DNA from: a virus
Taxonomy: Duplodnaviria > Caudoviricetes
IMG/VR virus record: IMGVR_UViG_3300007775_000003
Span: 1-50,805 of that record
Strand: one strand, 5' to 3'
Length of the DNA: 50,805 bases
Shown: one piece after another, positions 19,701 to 27,390 of the stretch
How positions within the stretch are numbered: the first letter of the stretch is position 1
How the letters are laid out: every line of letters starts with the position of its first letter
The notes under the pieces: model-generated
What the model saw: the letters and a program-made list of their open reading frames with translations, nothing else
What the model was told of the DNA's origin: nothing
The model's database searches: none
Translations under genes and position numbers: made by a program

Positions 19701-19914
19701 GTGGCCGGCTGACGTGGCCAGCTGGTTTTTGGTGCGCGCCGTATCACCTGGTGGTTCTACGACTGGCGTCATCCAGTCCACCGTAGATAATTTCGCTACA
19801 TCAGTCGTGAGTCGAGTAGGCAATCTGGCGAGTATCCTGCCGGGCGGATCGTCGGGCTGGACAAATGGACCGGCGAATGGATTCGCCTTGCCGAGAGTTG
19901 GCGTAAACGCATGA
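16795..19914 (+). CDS. Tail tip/hub protein with PKD domain and C-terminal Asp-box beta-propeller
   Basis: PKD-like WAWNLGDG...VSLTVQDSNG; Asp-boxes TEDYGANW, SEDRGLTW, SYDQGATW. Confidence 0.75.
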   Translation: MRLFLLLPSIVFAARVNEPAGVLYPLNSVDFDGVTTGAYTDVLPGQTVIFGSAAGFDDLGRQRVRKAPTASELYIGRSSLGVRDGEVNIIDNAYITVLDDYRIWSKIPFFDTDGLQFKDSDLAYVDQTLEPPPVANCGPGTAGTIDPADDLLDVAFSAAASIAVADGATITGWAWNLGDGNVIAGDSDEEDVTAEFPAGFRWVSLTVQDSNGKTHTARCPVLAIDPDDDPTIRAFEIETHRITPQGQQLAVRVREDISLASYPDGTLVLLWDSEPADESDRSHMQFIGWIQQEPIDQQAQRTGFLQDVTLNCVDVAGRLATLPGFPQIIENEDAPENWSQMNAPNIDKYLHYLLHWHSTALELADWTWSGTGDDYEFQALASDGQNLFDQVEQRAGAIVPDHHLTCNRLGQLQTVVDPMLQDTADRTATEQATITLADWSAVRYERTRPPRVYWLRGSAIKAQSVPEIEVFFCESPGHTPGQGEQEMTHGEQLAISQADLNTVTGHRYARINAPQSKFTVSLATGDDLGIEPADLTWVRLVVGAAQRTPGQTFDRRGLVAELNIRYDHQRTGLVKTVEMVWERETSGTPAVTVIPSAAEPVPDGDWWVPPPVEEWIPPSFGDPTVYYGVPAGYVLWDGAHIMRTWDVLDSSPTWALIDSGISGNIEDLQYVHTGADTVGGWLKTSTAIFWCADLLATTPTWTNVLALSTVQATDATPASGVVTFQCMSHYPSQPGTLTVATGPNAAETFNTTYQHGYFWLTEDYGANWTQIDTDYLLETFTSSTRGYCHSALYAMDTFHSSPGTIYCVRATPVIGNRFVQVLVSEDRGLTWAKVQSLEPDGNNRRDFSLLHPFPDAASASYGMHGPISGDTRPLGYVSTDGWATKTQLTLPSGYGGFSSLWRFNKRTFDDDHVMAWMRNSTSTFYELMESYDQGATWASLFDSGLAGQSVSNTGNISLGNCAAYNTPNGWPADVASWFLVRAVSPGGSTTGVIQSTVDNFATSVVSRVGNLASILPGGSSGWTNGPANGFALPRVGVNA

Positions 19915-20732
19915 GTGCAACCAATGACGACATCCGCCGCCTGTTCGACAACGCTTGGCGCGGTAGCGAGCAGCGTTCGTGGATTGCCGGGATCTTAGGT
20001 CGCGTCAACGCGGACGCGACCATCACCGTGGACGTGCCCAACCGCTCCGCGTTTGTGTTCGTCCGCGTCGGCGCGACCGGCCAGCAGACGACCACCATCG
20101 CCCGCGACGCCTACCGAGTGCCACGCCGGGCCAATCTGCCGGTGCGGATGCGCCGCGAGGGCAACCAGTTGGTCGTCTACGATGTAGACACGGTACGGGC
20201 TGAAGCCGCGACCGCCGGCGAGACGGTGACGACCGTCGCCAAACACACACACCGCATCGGCACGGGGCTGGAATACGAAGTCGAAGCCTTGCGCCTGGAG
20301 CCAGGTCGCGTGAGTTGGTACGGCGGGCTGAGCGTGTATGTAGGCGCGTTGCGCTACTACTACAATGGCGCGTGGGATACCTGGCAAGGCGGCGACATCG
20401 ACCTGACCGCCTATGTGCCGGCGGCAAGCGGTGAATGGGCCTGGGTGCTTACGGGCGTCGATCCAACCACCAACACGGCGGTTGCCGCGGCCGGCGTGAG
20501 CCAGATATACGCCACACCGCTGACCATTGATCTGATTGACGCCATTGATTTTGGCGATGCCATCCCCTGCGCGGCGGTGCGCGTACGCAATGACGACACG
20601 GTGCTGAGTGACATCACGCGTTACGTTGATGCCCATGGCTGGTTCAATGGCGCGATTGAGACGGTAGATCGGTTATTGGTGTTTGAGGATGATTTCGTAT
20701 TTTTTGACGAGGAGCCAGTGCTATGGCCGTGA
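19911..20732 (+). CDS. Minor tail protein
   Basis: Position; coupled ORF. Confidence 0.6.
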   Translation: MSATNDDIRRLFDNAWRGSEQRSWIAGILGRVNADATITVDVPNRSAFVFVRVGATGQQTTTIARDAYRVPRRANLPVRMRREGNQLVVYDVDTVRAEAATAGETVTTVAKHTHRIGTGLEYEVEALRLEPGRVSWYGGLSVYVGALRYYYNGAWDTWQGGDIDLTAYVPAASGEWAWVLTGVDPTTNTAVAAAGVSQIYATPLTIDLIDAIDFGDAIPCAAVRVRNDDTVLSDITRYVDAHGWFNGAIETVDRLLVFEDDFVFFDEEPVLWP

Positions 20733-21115
20733 AACTGAGGGAGAACGCAGTCACCAAACTGGCGACCGTAACCGGCATTGACGCCACGGCAATCGCCGCG
20801 ACAACCCTGTTCGTCGTGCCGGCCGGCAAAACGCTAGTCGTTACACAGGTCGTGATCCGCTGCACAACCTATACGGTGGTCGTCAAAACCACTCAGGCGG
20901 TTGCTTCGTTTGGTGGCAACGCCAGCACCTATGACGACTATCTCAACAGCGTCACCTACACGATAGCTGCGGCGGATGTGGCGATTCACGATAGCGTGCT
21001 AGACGCCGCCGTGCCGGTCTATGCCGCGGGCGCTGCGTTTACGTTGGCAATCGAGACCGGCAGCGACGCGACGGCAGAGGTGTGGGCCGTCGATTTGTTG
21101 GGCTATCTGGTTTGA
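20723..21115 (+). CDS. Small beta-rich virion-type protein
   Basis: GAGGAG RBS; last gene of the late arm. Confidence 0.55.
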   Translation: MAVKLRENAVTKLATVTGIDATAIAATTLFVVPAGKTLVVTQVVIRCTTYTVVVKTTQAVASFGGNASTYDDYLNSVTYTIAAADVAIHDSVLDAAVPVYAAGAAFTLAIETGSDATAEVWAVDLLGYLV

Positions 21116-21120
21116 TCGCC

Positions 21121-21149
21121 AAACAAACCCCGCCGGGTGAGGGCGGGCG
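21121..21149. terminator. Probable terminator between the convergent arms
   Basis: CCCGCC-gggtga-GGGCGGG hairpin with an A-rich flank. Confidence 0.45.
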
Positions 21150-21168
21150 TCGTCCATTATCTGAGGCG

Positions 21169-21546
21169 TCACCACTCCCAGTCTCGCATAAACTGCGGTC
21201 TCTCCGGCTCGTGGTATTCGTCCGGTGCAACGATCTTGTACCAGGCGTTGAATGCCTCGACCGTCTGGCGCAGATTGGCCGGCGTGACTGGACGCTCCCA
21301 CACGTCCAGGATGAAGCGATCCATGTCCACTGAGTCGCCGCCGACGAAGACCGGCCAGGTGGACAGTGCCGAGTCTTCTTTCTCCGACAGCGCCGCGGTA
21401 AGCTCCTGCCACCGCTTGCCGCTCTCGCGGTCGGCGGCGGCGAGCAGGACGGTGCGACGCTTATCTGGCGTGAGCGTGTCCATGACATACTCGTATTCTG
21501 CGGCGCTGAGGCCACTGCGTAGTAATTTGGTTCCGTTGCCGGGCAT
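21169..21546 (-). CDS. Hypothetical protein
   Basis: AAGGAG RBS. Confidence 0.7.
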   Translation of the reverse strand: MPGNGTKLLRSGLSAAEYEYVMDTLTPDKRRTVLLAAADRESGKRWQELTAALSEKEDSALSTWPVFVGGDSVDMDRFILDVWERPVTPANLRQTVEAFNAWYKIVAPDEYHEPERPQFMRDWEW

Positions 21547-21555
21547 TTGATCTCC

Positions 21556-21764
21556 TTAATAATAACGAACCAAAATATGGAAAGGTATACCTTTTTGAAT
21601 TGGGCCTTCCCGTCCCCCATCTTCATCGCACGGTCGCACCCATGCGACACGATGATAAAGTTTTACAATCTTGTACAATGGATAACGTTTGTACACACTG
21701 GCGACAATATCACCTATAGCAAGACCGCGCTTGCCCGCCGATACGCCAAATCATAAACCTTCAT
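21556..21764 (-). pseudogene. Small KOW/SH3-like gene with an apparent 1-nt frameshift
   Basis: GGAGA + ATG (MKVYDLAYRR) stops early; the adjacent frame continues GKRGLAIGDIVASVYKRYPLYKIVKL... to TAA at 21556. Confidence 0.45.
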
Positions 21765-21768
21765 GATT

Positions 21769-21987
21769 TTATCTCCCGTCTCGCATCAACCACAAAATAA
21801 TTTTCTCCCGGTACAAACCCTTCTTGACCGGTGCGCAAATTTTGCGCATCTTGGCGACGGTTGTTCGATAGCTGGCGGCGATGCTGGCTAGTCTTATGTT
21901 GATCGTAGCCACTTCCCGACAGGTCGCTGGTTCCATGTCTAGAACCATGATTTCCCTGTCGGTTAGTCGCTTCAAAGTTTTCATCAT
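21769..21987 (-). CDS. Hypothetical protein
   Basis: ORF with AGGA RBS. Confidence 0.55.
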   Translation of the reverse strand: MMKTLKRLTDREIMVLDMEPATCREVATINIRLASIAASYRTTVAKMRKICAPVKKGLYREKIILWLMRDGR

Positions 21988-22068
21988 CCTATTTCTCTCG
22001 GCGACTATGGCGCGCGATGCGCCCTGGTTTGGTGTGTTGCCCGGCGGGGGATGCCGGGCTGGGTGGTT

Positions 22069-22422
22069 CTATTTCAGCAGATGACGCACACGCACCGCTG
22101 CCGGTGCGTAGAAAATTTCGTCGGGCAGGCCGGTGGCCGCTTGCGCAAGTTTTGCTAGTTGCTCGTCGTCCAAGTCCGGGCGCTGGCGTTTTGCTTCTGT
22201 GGCATCCGCCAGTGCCCAGCCGATCTCCCGATTGCGAAAATCTGCACCGTTGCCGCGAACGGTGGTGTCACCGTCATTATTGGCTGCGCTGGCTAGTGCC
22301 GCCAATAATGACTCGTGTGTTTCTACAACATCAAACACGTCTGGTTTCCCGTAGGTCACATTTTGATACGCATTTGCCAGGCGTGCGCTGAACTCACAGA
22401 CTTCCCATTTGTTGCTTTTCAT
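22069..22422 (-). CDS. Hypothetical protein
   Basis: AGGAGA RBS; first gene after the promoter at 22473-22501. Confidence 0.7.
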   Translation of the reverse strand: MKSNKWEVCEFSARLANAYQNVTYGKPDVFDVVETHESLLAALASAANNDGDTTVRGNGADFRNREIGWALADATEAKRQRPDLDDEQLAKLAQAATGLPDEIFYAPAAVRVRHLLK

Positions 22423-22472
22423 CGTCCATTCTCCTGTTTCCCGTGGGCCGCTCCGTGCTGCCCTATGTCACC

Positions 22473-22501
22473 AGTATACACCCGTTTACGCCCAATGTCA
22501 A
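22473..22501 (-). promoter_or_regulatory. Sigma70-type promoter TTGACA-17-TATACT
   Basis: Near-consensus hexamers in intergenic DNA. Confidence 0.85.
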
Positions 22502-22514
22502 GCCTTTTTGGTGT

Positions 22515-22565
22515 GAGTTTTGAAAACTCGTGAAACCCTTAACATTGTGTTCTATTCGTAGAACA
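22515..22565. promoter_or_regulatory. Operator-like palindromes GAGTTTT-G-AAAACTC and TGTTCT-N6-AGAACA
   Basis: Repeated with nearly identical spacing at 28408-28456. Confidence 0.7.
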
Positions 22566-22598
22566 AAAAAGCCCCGGCCAGCGCAAGCCAGCCGGGGC
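22565..22598 (-). terminator. Intrinsic terminator of the FtsK operon
   Basis: GCCCCGGC stem followed by T6 on the minus strand. Confidence 0.85.
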
Positions 22599-22644
22599 AG
22601 TCAACGTCGTCTGCGTCGCTGTTGGCGGCGTCGGGTGCGCTGTG

Positions 22645-23085
22645 TTATTTGCCTCTCTTTTTTGCCCAAGCCGCGTGACCCTCTTTGCATGTCGGTTCGA
22701 TCCACGGTGTGGGCAGCTTGCCGCCGTACTTTGCCGCCCATGCTTGGTTGCGCGGGTCAATCACGCCGCCCACGATTGCAAGTTTCTGCGTCCGCTCCAT
22801 TAAGTACTCCGCCCAATTCGCTTGAGACGTGCGCACCGCCACCCGCGCCTCTTGCGCCGCCGGTTGGGGCGGTGATCCAACCGTGTGGACGCCCTCGCTG
22901 TAACGTAGAATTTCAACGCCGCGTGGTTCCAGCGCCGTGTAAATGGTGTCACGCGCCGGGGTGCAGTACGCTTTTTGCACTACGAACGTATGCATGCCTG
23001 CCGGTTTTGCCTTCGCTTTGGCGGGACTGCGTCTTGCACCTTGCCGCGCTTTGCTTCTCCACTCTGTACGCCAGTTGCTTGCCAT
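22645..23085 (-). CDS. Basic hypothetical protein, last gene of the FtsK operon
   Basis: Start MASNW coupled to the upstream stop (TAATG); AAGGTGAG RBS. Confidence 0.7.
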   Translation of the reverse strand: MASNWRTEWRSKARQGARRSPAKAKAKPAGMHTFVVQKAYCTPARDTIYTALEPRGVEILRYSEGVHTVGSPPQPAAQEARVAVRTSQANWAEYLMERTQKLAIVGGVIDPRNQAWAAKYGGKLPTPWIEPTCKEGHAAWAKKRGK

Positions 23086-23645
23086 TAGCTCACCTTTGGT
23101 AGTCTGTACATGGTTGCCTGTTCGCCTTCCAGGGGTAGCGCATATTGCGGCGTATCGTCCGGCTCCACTTCGGCCAGCCGGTTGCGCTGCTCGGCGTCGT
23201 TGGCACGGTAAGCCAGTTCCGCCAGGCGCTTTTCGTACATGGCCCCGATTTTGCCGTAGCTGCTCAAAATGTCCTGCTGCGTCTTGGCGTCGGCGGCGTT
23301 CATTTGGTTGACGCCGCGCACAACCTCCGTCACCGCTCGCGCCTGCTGTGCCCCGCTCATGGCGTGGGCGTGGAGCAGATCCGCGTTGCTCTGGGCGATG
23401 CCGTGGCCGAACCGTACCAACAGCGCCATCGTTGCATGAATGCCGCCGTACAGCACGGCCAGCACAACCAGCACGCCGACGGCCACACCATACCAGCGCG
23501 CCCACTCCTTGCCACCTAGCCAGACGGAAACACCAAAGCCGCCGAAGATGAACACGACGGCCAGAATCGAGAACGCGACAAACGCCCACAGGCGGGCGCT
23601 CTGGTCGGTCGTGCCACTGCGGGTATAGGTTGGTTCGTTGTACAT
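23085..23645 (-). CDS. Two-TM membrane protein with helical C-terminus
   Basis: Hydrophobic LWAFVAFSILAVVFIFGGFGVSVWL and WYGVAVGVLVVLAVLYGG; AAGGAG RBS. Confidence 0.75.
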   Translation of the reverse strand: MYNEPTYTRSGTTDQSARLWAFVAFSILAVVFIFGGFGVSVWLGGKEWARWYGVAVGVLVVLAVLYGGIHATMALLVRFGHGIAQSNADLLHAHAMSGAQQARAVTEVVRGVNQMNAADAKTQQDILSSYGKIGAMYEKRLAELAYRANDAEQRNRLAEVEPDDTPQYALPLEGEQATMYRLPKVS

Positions 23646-23656
23646 GGCATGGCTCC

Positions 23657-25105
23657 TTATTGCGGCTTCAATGCGCTACTACTACTGTACATAAACGGCG
23701 CTACACGGGCCACAGAAGGGCGCTGAGGCGCTTTGTCGCTAGAAGTAGTAGCGGTAGTAGCGGTTGGCGCTTTCTCTTTATCTAGCACCGCTAACGCCGC
23801 CAACAAGCGCCGCCGGTTAGCGCCGCCGGTGTAAGCGTTGTCGTCACCAGTGAGAAGTCGAATCATATCCGCCTGCGTAGCGTCCGCGGCGTAAGCCTCA
23901 CGGATGGCGGCGGCGTCGATTTCGTCTTGTGTTACCGCTACCGGCGCTACCGGCGCAGTAGCGGCTGGTAGCGGCTTGGTAGTAGCGATGGTAGCGACCT
24001 CTGAACGGTGGCCGTAGTTGCGCCAGATGGCCCGACACAAGCCCATCGGCGTATCAATTAGCGGCGTTTGGTAACGAAACATGGTGCGGTTCAGTCGGTA
24101 AATAAATGAACCATACCCCGGCAACATTTCGGCCCCGCTCGCCTTGACCTGCACCGCCGTGTTGGCGTCGTCCTTGCTGGTCACGCTGCCCACTAGGCGC
24201 ATGAGTAGGTTCGACTTGAGTTGGTCGCCTAGCACATCGGCGGTCGGCTTCTGTGTGCAGATTATCAAATTCATGTTGTTCTCACGACACCGGCGGGCGA
24301 TGTCGGCCAAAAAGAATAGAATCTTGTTTCGTGTGTTCTTGTCTGGATGCTCGGTCAAGCTGGCGGCTTCCTCAATTGCCAGGATGTGCCGTGTGTCCCG
24401 CGAGACAATGCCCCGCTCGCGTTGCTCCATTTCGGCGTAAAATGTCGTGATGGCGTGTACAGCGTCTTCCAGGTCACGCGCCACGGTGCGGACGTGGGGC
24501 AAATTGTCTAGGAACTGTACGCCGTCGCTGTGTTTTGGGTCAACGACCGTGATCGCCAAGTCCGACGGCGAGTTGTGTAGCATAAGCGAAAACAACACCG
24601 ACAGTAGTTGGTTGGTCTTGCCGCTGCCGGTGGAGCCTGCAATCAACCCATGCGGCTGGTCGGGCTTCGCCATATTCCACAAGACCGGCGCGGTGCCATC
24701 GCCGGTGTAGCGCAGGCCACAAAATGCCGTCATCGGTGTACCAGGCCATTGCACCGACGACCAGGACAGCACGTCGCGCTGTGGCCGGCTGATCTCCATC
24801 GTGTGTTCGTAGCGGTCAATGCGCACGGTGGGCATGATCTCCATGCCGCTTTCGTCGGTGCTGGTTATGCCATTCATGCGCCGAAACTGGCGCACATAGG
24901 ACAACGTGTCATCCTGTTGCGCCAACAGCTTGCCGCCGTCAATACCCATCGGCACGCTCAGGTCATAGACGACCGTGGTGGGCGTCAGGTAGTGCGACGG
25001 CAGGCGGCGCGAGGTGCAAGGCACGGACACAGACAGGCCACGCGCCTTGAATAGTTGATTGATGATTGTCGCTTCGCTAACGATTCGTGCCAGGTCGTCT
25101 TGCAT
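23657..25105 (-). CDS. FtsK/SpoIIIE-family DNA translocase (TraB-like)
   Basis: HGLIAGSTGSGKT Walker A, VVDPK, LAIEEA Walker B, IICTQKP; small helical C-terminal domain; GAGGAGG RBS before MQDDL. Confidence 0.9.
   Translation of the reverse strand: MQDDLARIVSEATIINQLFKARGLSVSVPCTSRRLPSHYLTPTTVVYDLSVPMGIDGGKLLAQQDDTLSYVRQFRRMNGITSTDESGMEIMPTVRIDRYEHTMEISRPQRDVLSWSSVQWPGTPMTAFCGLRYTGDGTAPVLWNMAKPDQPHGLIAGSTGSGKTNQLLSVLFSLMLHNSPSDLAITVVDPKHSDGVQFLDNLPHVRTVARDLEDAVHAITTFYAEMEQRERGIVSRDTRHILAIEEAASLTEHPDKNTRNKILFFLADIARRCRENNMNLIICTQKPTADVLGDQLKSNLLMRLVGSVTSKDDANTAVQVKASGAEMLPGYGSFIYRLNRTMFRYQTPLIDTPMGLCRAIWRNYGHRSEVATIATTKPLPAATAPVAPVAVTQDEIDAAAIREAYAADATQADMIRLLTGDDNAYTGGANRRRLLAALAVLDKEKAPTATTATTSSDKAPQRPSVARVAPFMYSSSSALKPQ
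23674..23996. repeat. Cluster of 11 GTAGCG/CGCTAC hexamers
   Basis: CGCTAC at 23674, 23699, 23936, 23945; GTAGCG at 23748, 23757, 23877, 23958, 23968, 23982, 23991. Confidence 0.85.
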
Positions 25106-25107
25106 TG

Positions 25108-25194
25108 TCACCTCCTCATCACATACCACGCCAACAACGGGACGGTCAGCCATGCCAGCGCCACCAGGATTGTGCCGAACGTGTGGTCGGTCAT
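25108..25194 (-). CDS. 28-aa single-TM peptide
   Basis: MTDHTFGTILVALAWLTVPLLAWYVMRR; coupled to the HNH stop. Confidence 0.55.
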   Translation of the reverse strand: MTDHTFGTILVALAWLTVPLLAWYVMRR

Positions 25195-25451
25195 AGCGTC
25201 AATCCACCGTGCGCTTTGCCGTGGCACGCTGCGCACACGGTCGTCAGGTCGAACAGTTCGCGCAACCACGAGCCGCCCCGGTGTGTGTACGAATGGTGGT
25301 GGACTTCTAACCGCTGGGACGTTCCGCACATCCGGCAACGGTTGCCGTCGATGTGGCGGCGCACCCAGCGCAGGATGCGCCAACGCGGTGTGCGGAGATA
25401 CGCACGGTAGGCGATCTGTTCGGGTGAGAGCGGCGAGACGAAGTTGGTCAT
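25191..25451 (-). CDS. Small HNH-fold Zn-finger protein
   Basis: YLRTPRW, CRMC, LEVHH, LTTVCAACH. Confidence 0.8.
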   Translation of the reverse strand: MTNFVSPLSPEQIAYRAYLRTPRWRILRWVRRHIDGNRCRMCGTSQRLEVHHHSYTHRGGSWLRELFDLTTVCAACHGKAHGGLTL

Positions 25452-26200
25452 GTGTTCGCCTCTGCTTTGCCGTGTCCGTTTAATTGCGCCCGCGCTTCTT
25501 TCAGTCGATTGTTGACGGTACGCTCCGATTTGCCGATTTGACCGGAGATTTGCGAAATCGTGTAGCCGTTTTGCTTCATATTCCACACCTGCAAAACCTC
25601 AGACGGCAGCGCAATCACGGGCGTGTCGTCGGCAACTTCTTGCACTACTGGTTGCGTGATTTTTGCGCTTTTGCGCCCTGTTACGCCATTGCGTTTTTGC
25701 GTGATTTTTGCGTCCTCATTGCGTTCGTGCCACCGTTTCAAGCCAAGCGCCACGAATGCAAACATACTGATTAGTGGCAATCCGGCAAGTACCCAGTGCC
25801 CGCCGGTCTTGATTTCTAGCTGGTAAACGACGGTCATCACAATCGCCAACATGCCTACACTAGCAACCACGGCCACCCCCAGCGGCCACGCATAGCGTTT
25901 GCGGTTACCTAGCAAGCCGTCCCACATATGCAGCGCAACTTCGATGATTGCAAACAGCGCAAGTTCCACCGCCATTGCGAACGCAAATGCTTGCAATTGC
26001 GTGTAACCGAGGCTGTGCTGGCTAATGTTGTAGACGCTCACAGCGTTGGGCAATGGCGCAAGCAACGCCAAAGCACGGGCGGCAATGTCTGCGCCCTTGT
26101 CGCTGGTTTCGGTAGCGATGTACCACAGCATGTGGATCAGCGCGCCGTAGTGACGCTTTAGAAATTTGACGTAAGAAGGATATTCGTTGTTGTCAATCAT
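25448..26200 (-). CDS. Multi-TM membrane protein with C-terminal HTH (SpdB2-like architecture)
   Basis: About 4 hydrophobic segments, a linker, then GYTISQISGQIGKSERTVNNRL. Confidence 0.75.
   Translation of the reverse strand: MIDNNEYPSYVKFLKRHYGALIHMLWYIATETSDKGADIAARALALLAPLPNAVSVYNISQHSLGYTQLQAFAFAMAVELALFAIIEVALHMWDGLLGNRKRYAWPLGVAVVASVGMLAIVMTVVYQLEIKTGGHWVLAGLPLISMFAFVALGLKRWHERNEDAKITQKRNGVTGRKSAKITQPVVQEVADDTPVIALPSEVLQVWNMKQNGYTISQISGQIGKSERTVNNRLKEARAQLNGHGKAEANT
25652..25723. repeat. 16-bp direct repeat TTGCGTGATTTTTGCG (x2) within a TTGCG cluster
   Basis: Copies at 25652-25667 and 25697-25712; 7 TTGCG in about 72 bp. Confidence 0.8.
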
Positions 26201-26315
26201 GGCCTCACCTTGTCAGTTTGGCCGGAGGTGCTGCATAATGTTCGCAGCCGCCAGCCGGTCATGTCGGTTGTTGGTCAGCGCGTCGTTGGTGGTTTCGTCA
26301 CTGGCGACGCGCGCG

Positions 26316-26564
26316 CTACTCTACTACTTCCACATTCTCGGCGCGCCAAGCGCACCATTCCGCATGGATGGCAGGCGGCACGCTATAGCGCACCACACGA
26401 AGAACTCCCCAGCCATCACCGGGCCATTCTTCGCCGGTTTCCTCAATCAACCCAGCGGCCACCAATGTCGCCAGTGTCGCCGGGCGGTGGCCCTTGTCCT
26501 GGTTGACGGCCACCTGCTCAAACACTCGCAGTTGCGCCGGGGTCAGGTTGCAGAATCGTTTCAT
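26316..26564 (-). CDS. Small winged-helix-like hypothetical protein
   Basis: LTPAQLRVFEQV...TLATLVAAGLIEE; GGAGG RBS. Confidence 0.6.
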   Translation of the reverse strand: MKRFCNLTPAQLRVFEQVAVNQDKGHRPATLATLVAAGLIEETGEEWPGDGWGVLRVVRYSVPPAIHAEWCAWRAENVEVVE

Positions 26565-26779
26565 CCCTCCACCTCCTCATCCGCTGCGTCTTCCAGCGCT
26601 ATGCTATCAAAACCAACCGGCGCATAGCCTTCTGTATTCAACACTTTTTGCGCTTGGTCGCGCGCCGCCTCGGCAACTGCTCGCCTTACTAATTGCTTTA
26701 CTCCAAGCCGCTTGCCGTAGCGGCGTTTAAGTAGCCAAATGGTTCTCCGATCCAATAGGATTGTTGCGGCTTCGTTCAC
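26561..26779 (-). CDS. Hypothetical (possibly RHH-like) protein
   Basis: GTG start with AGGAGG RBS; coupled ORFs. Confidence 0.55.
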   Translation of the reverse strand: MNEAATILLDRRTIWLLKRRYGKRLGVKQLVRRAVAEAARDQAQKVLNTEGYAPVGFDSIALEDAADEEVEG

Positions 26780-27018
26780 CCGTCTACCTCCTGCGCTGCG
26801 TGCGCCAACAGGCACTCAAGCTCACTGGCCGTCATGCCACCACGTAGCAGCGCCACGAGCGCACCGTACACAATCGAGCGGCGTTCGTCGGGGTGTAGTT
26901 TGAGTAGCAAATCGGTCAGCGAATTTGCTTGCATGGCCGCTCGTACCCACATGGCACTACGTCCGATGGTCGGCACATCAATCGGGGCCGCTGGGCGGTC
27001 AAGCGTGATCGTAGTCAT
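26776..27018 (-). CDS. Hypothetical protein
   Basis: Coupled ORF in operon. Confidence 0.6.
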   Translation of the reverse strand: MTTITLDRPAAPIDVPTIGRSAMWVRAAMQANSLTDLLLKLHPDERRSIVYGALVALLRGGMTASELECLLAHAAQEVDG

Positions 27019-27247
27019 TTGTCATCATCTCCATTAGGATGCCTAGCATTTCCTCGATCCGTTCCAGGCGTTCGGCTGTCTGCGCACGGGAGCCGGTACG
27101 CTCGTCGTCTCGTAGCCGGTTCCAGTCAGCCAAAATTTGCCGGATCAGCTCGGACTGATTCCATGCGTGCTCACCCCAAATGCAGGCCGCTCGCTCGATA
27201 ACCTGCAAAGCGTGGGCGTCCAGTCGAATTGTTGTGCGCTTTTCCAT
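26999..27247 (-). CDS. Ribbon-helix-helix (CopG-like) regulator
   Basis: KRTTIRLD...NQSELIRQIL; first gene after the promoter. Confidence 0.7.
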   Translation of the reverse strand: MEKRTTIRLDAHALQVIERAACIWGEHAWNQSELIRQILADWNRLRDDERTGSRAQTAERLERIEEMLGILMEMMTNDYDHA

Positions 27248-27290
27248 GAGGCTCCATTAGTTCAGTTGGCATACTTTGTCATACAGGGCC

Positions 27291-27320
27291 AGTATAGCAC
27301 GCCCACACCCCCCCTGTCAA
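27291..27320 (-). promoter_or_regulatory. Promoter TTGACA-18-TATACT driving the FtsK operon
   Basis: Near-consensus hexamers with extended TG. Confidence 0.8.
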
Positions 27321-27348
27321 TTCCCAAAATTTCCGCACGCATGGCAAC

Positions 27349-27379
27349 AAAAAAAGCCCGACGTGGTGAGCGTCGGGCT
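27349..27379 (-). terminator. Intrinsic terminator
   Basis: AGCCCGACG stem followed by T7 on the minus strand. Confidence 0.85.
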
Positions 27380-27390
27380 GTGTGTGGGGT

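Noticed and set aside
22548-22565. Canonical LexA (GAAC-N4-GTTC) box
   Set aside because: Half-sites are in the reverse arrangement with variable spacing (7 or 8 bp).
23086-23589. N-terminal extension of the 314-aa ORF 22645-23589
   Set aside because: Overlaps the 2-TM gene out of frame; RBS and TAATG coupling support a start at 23085.
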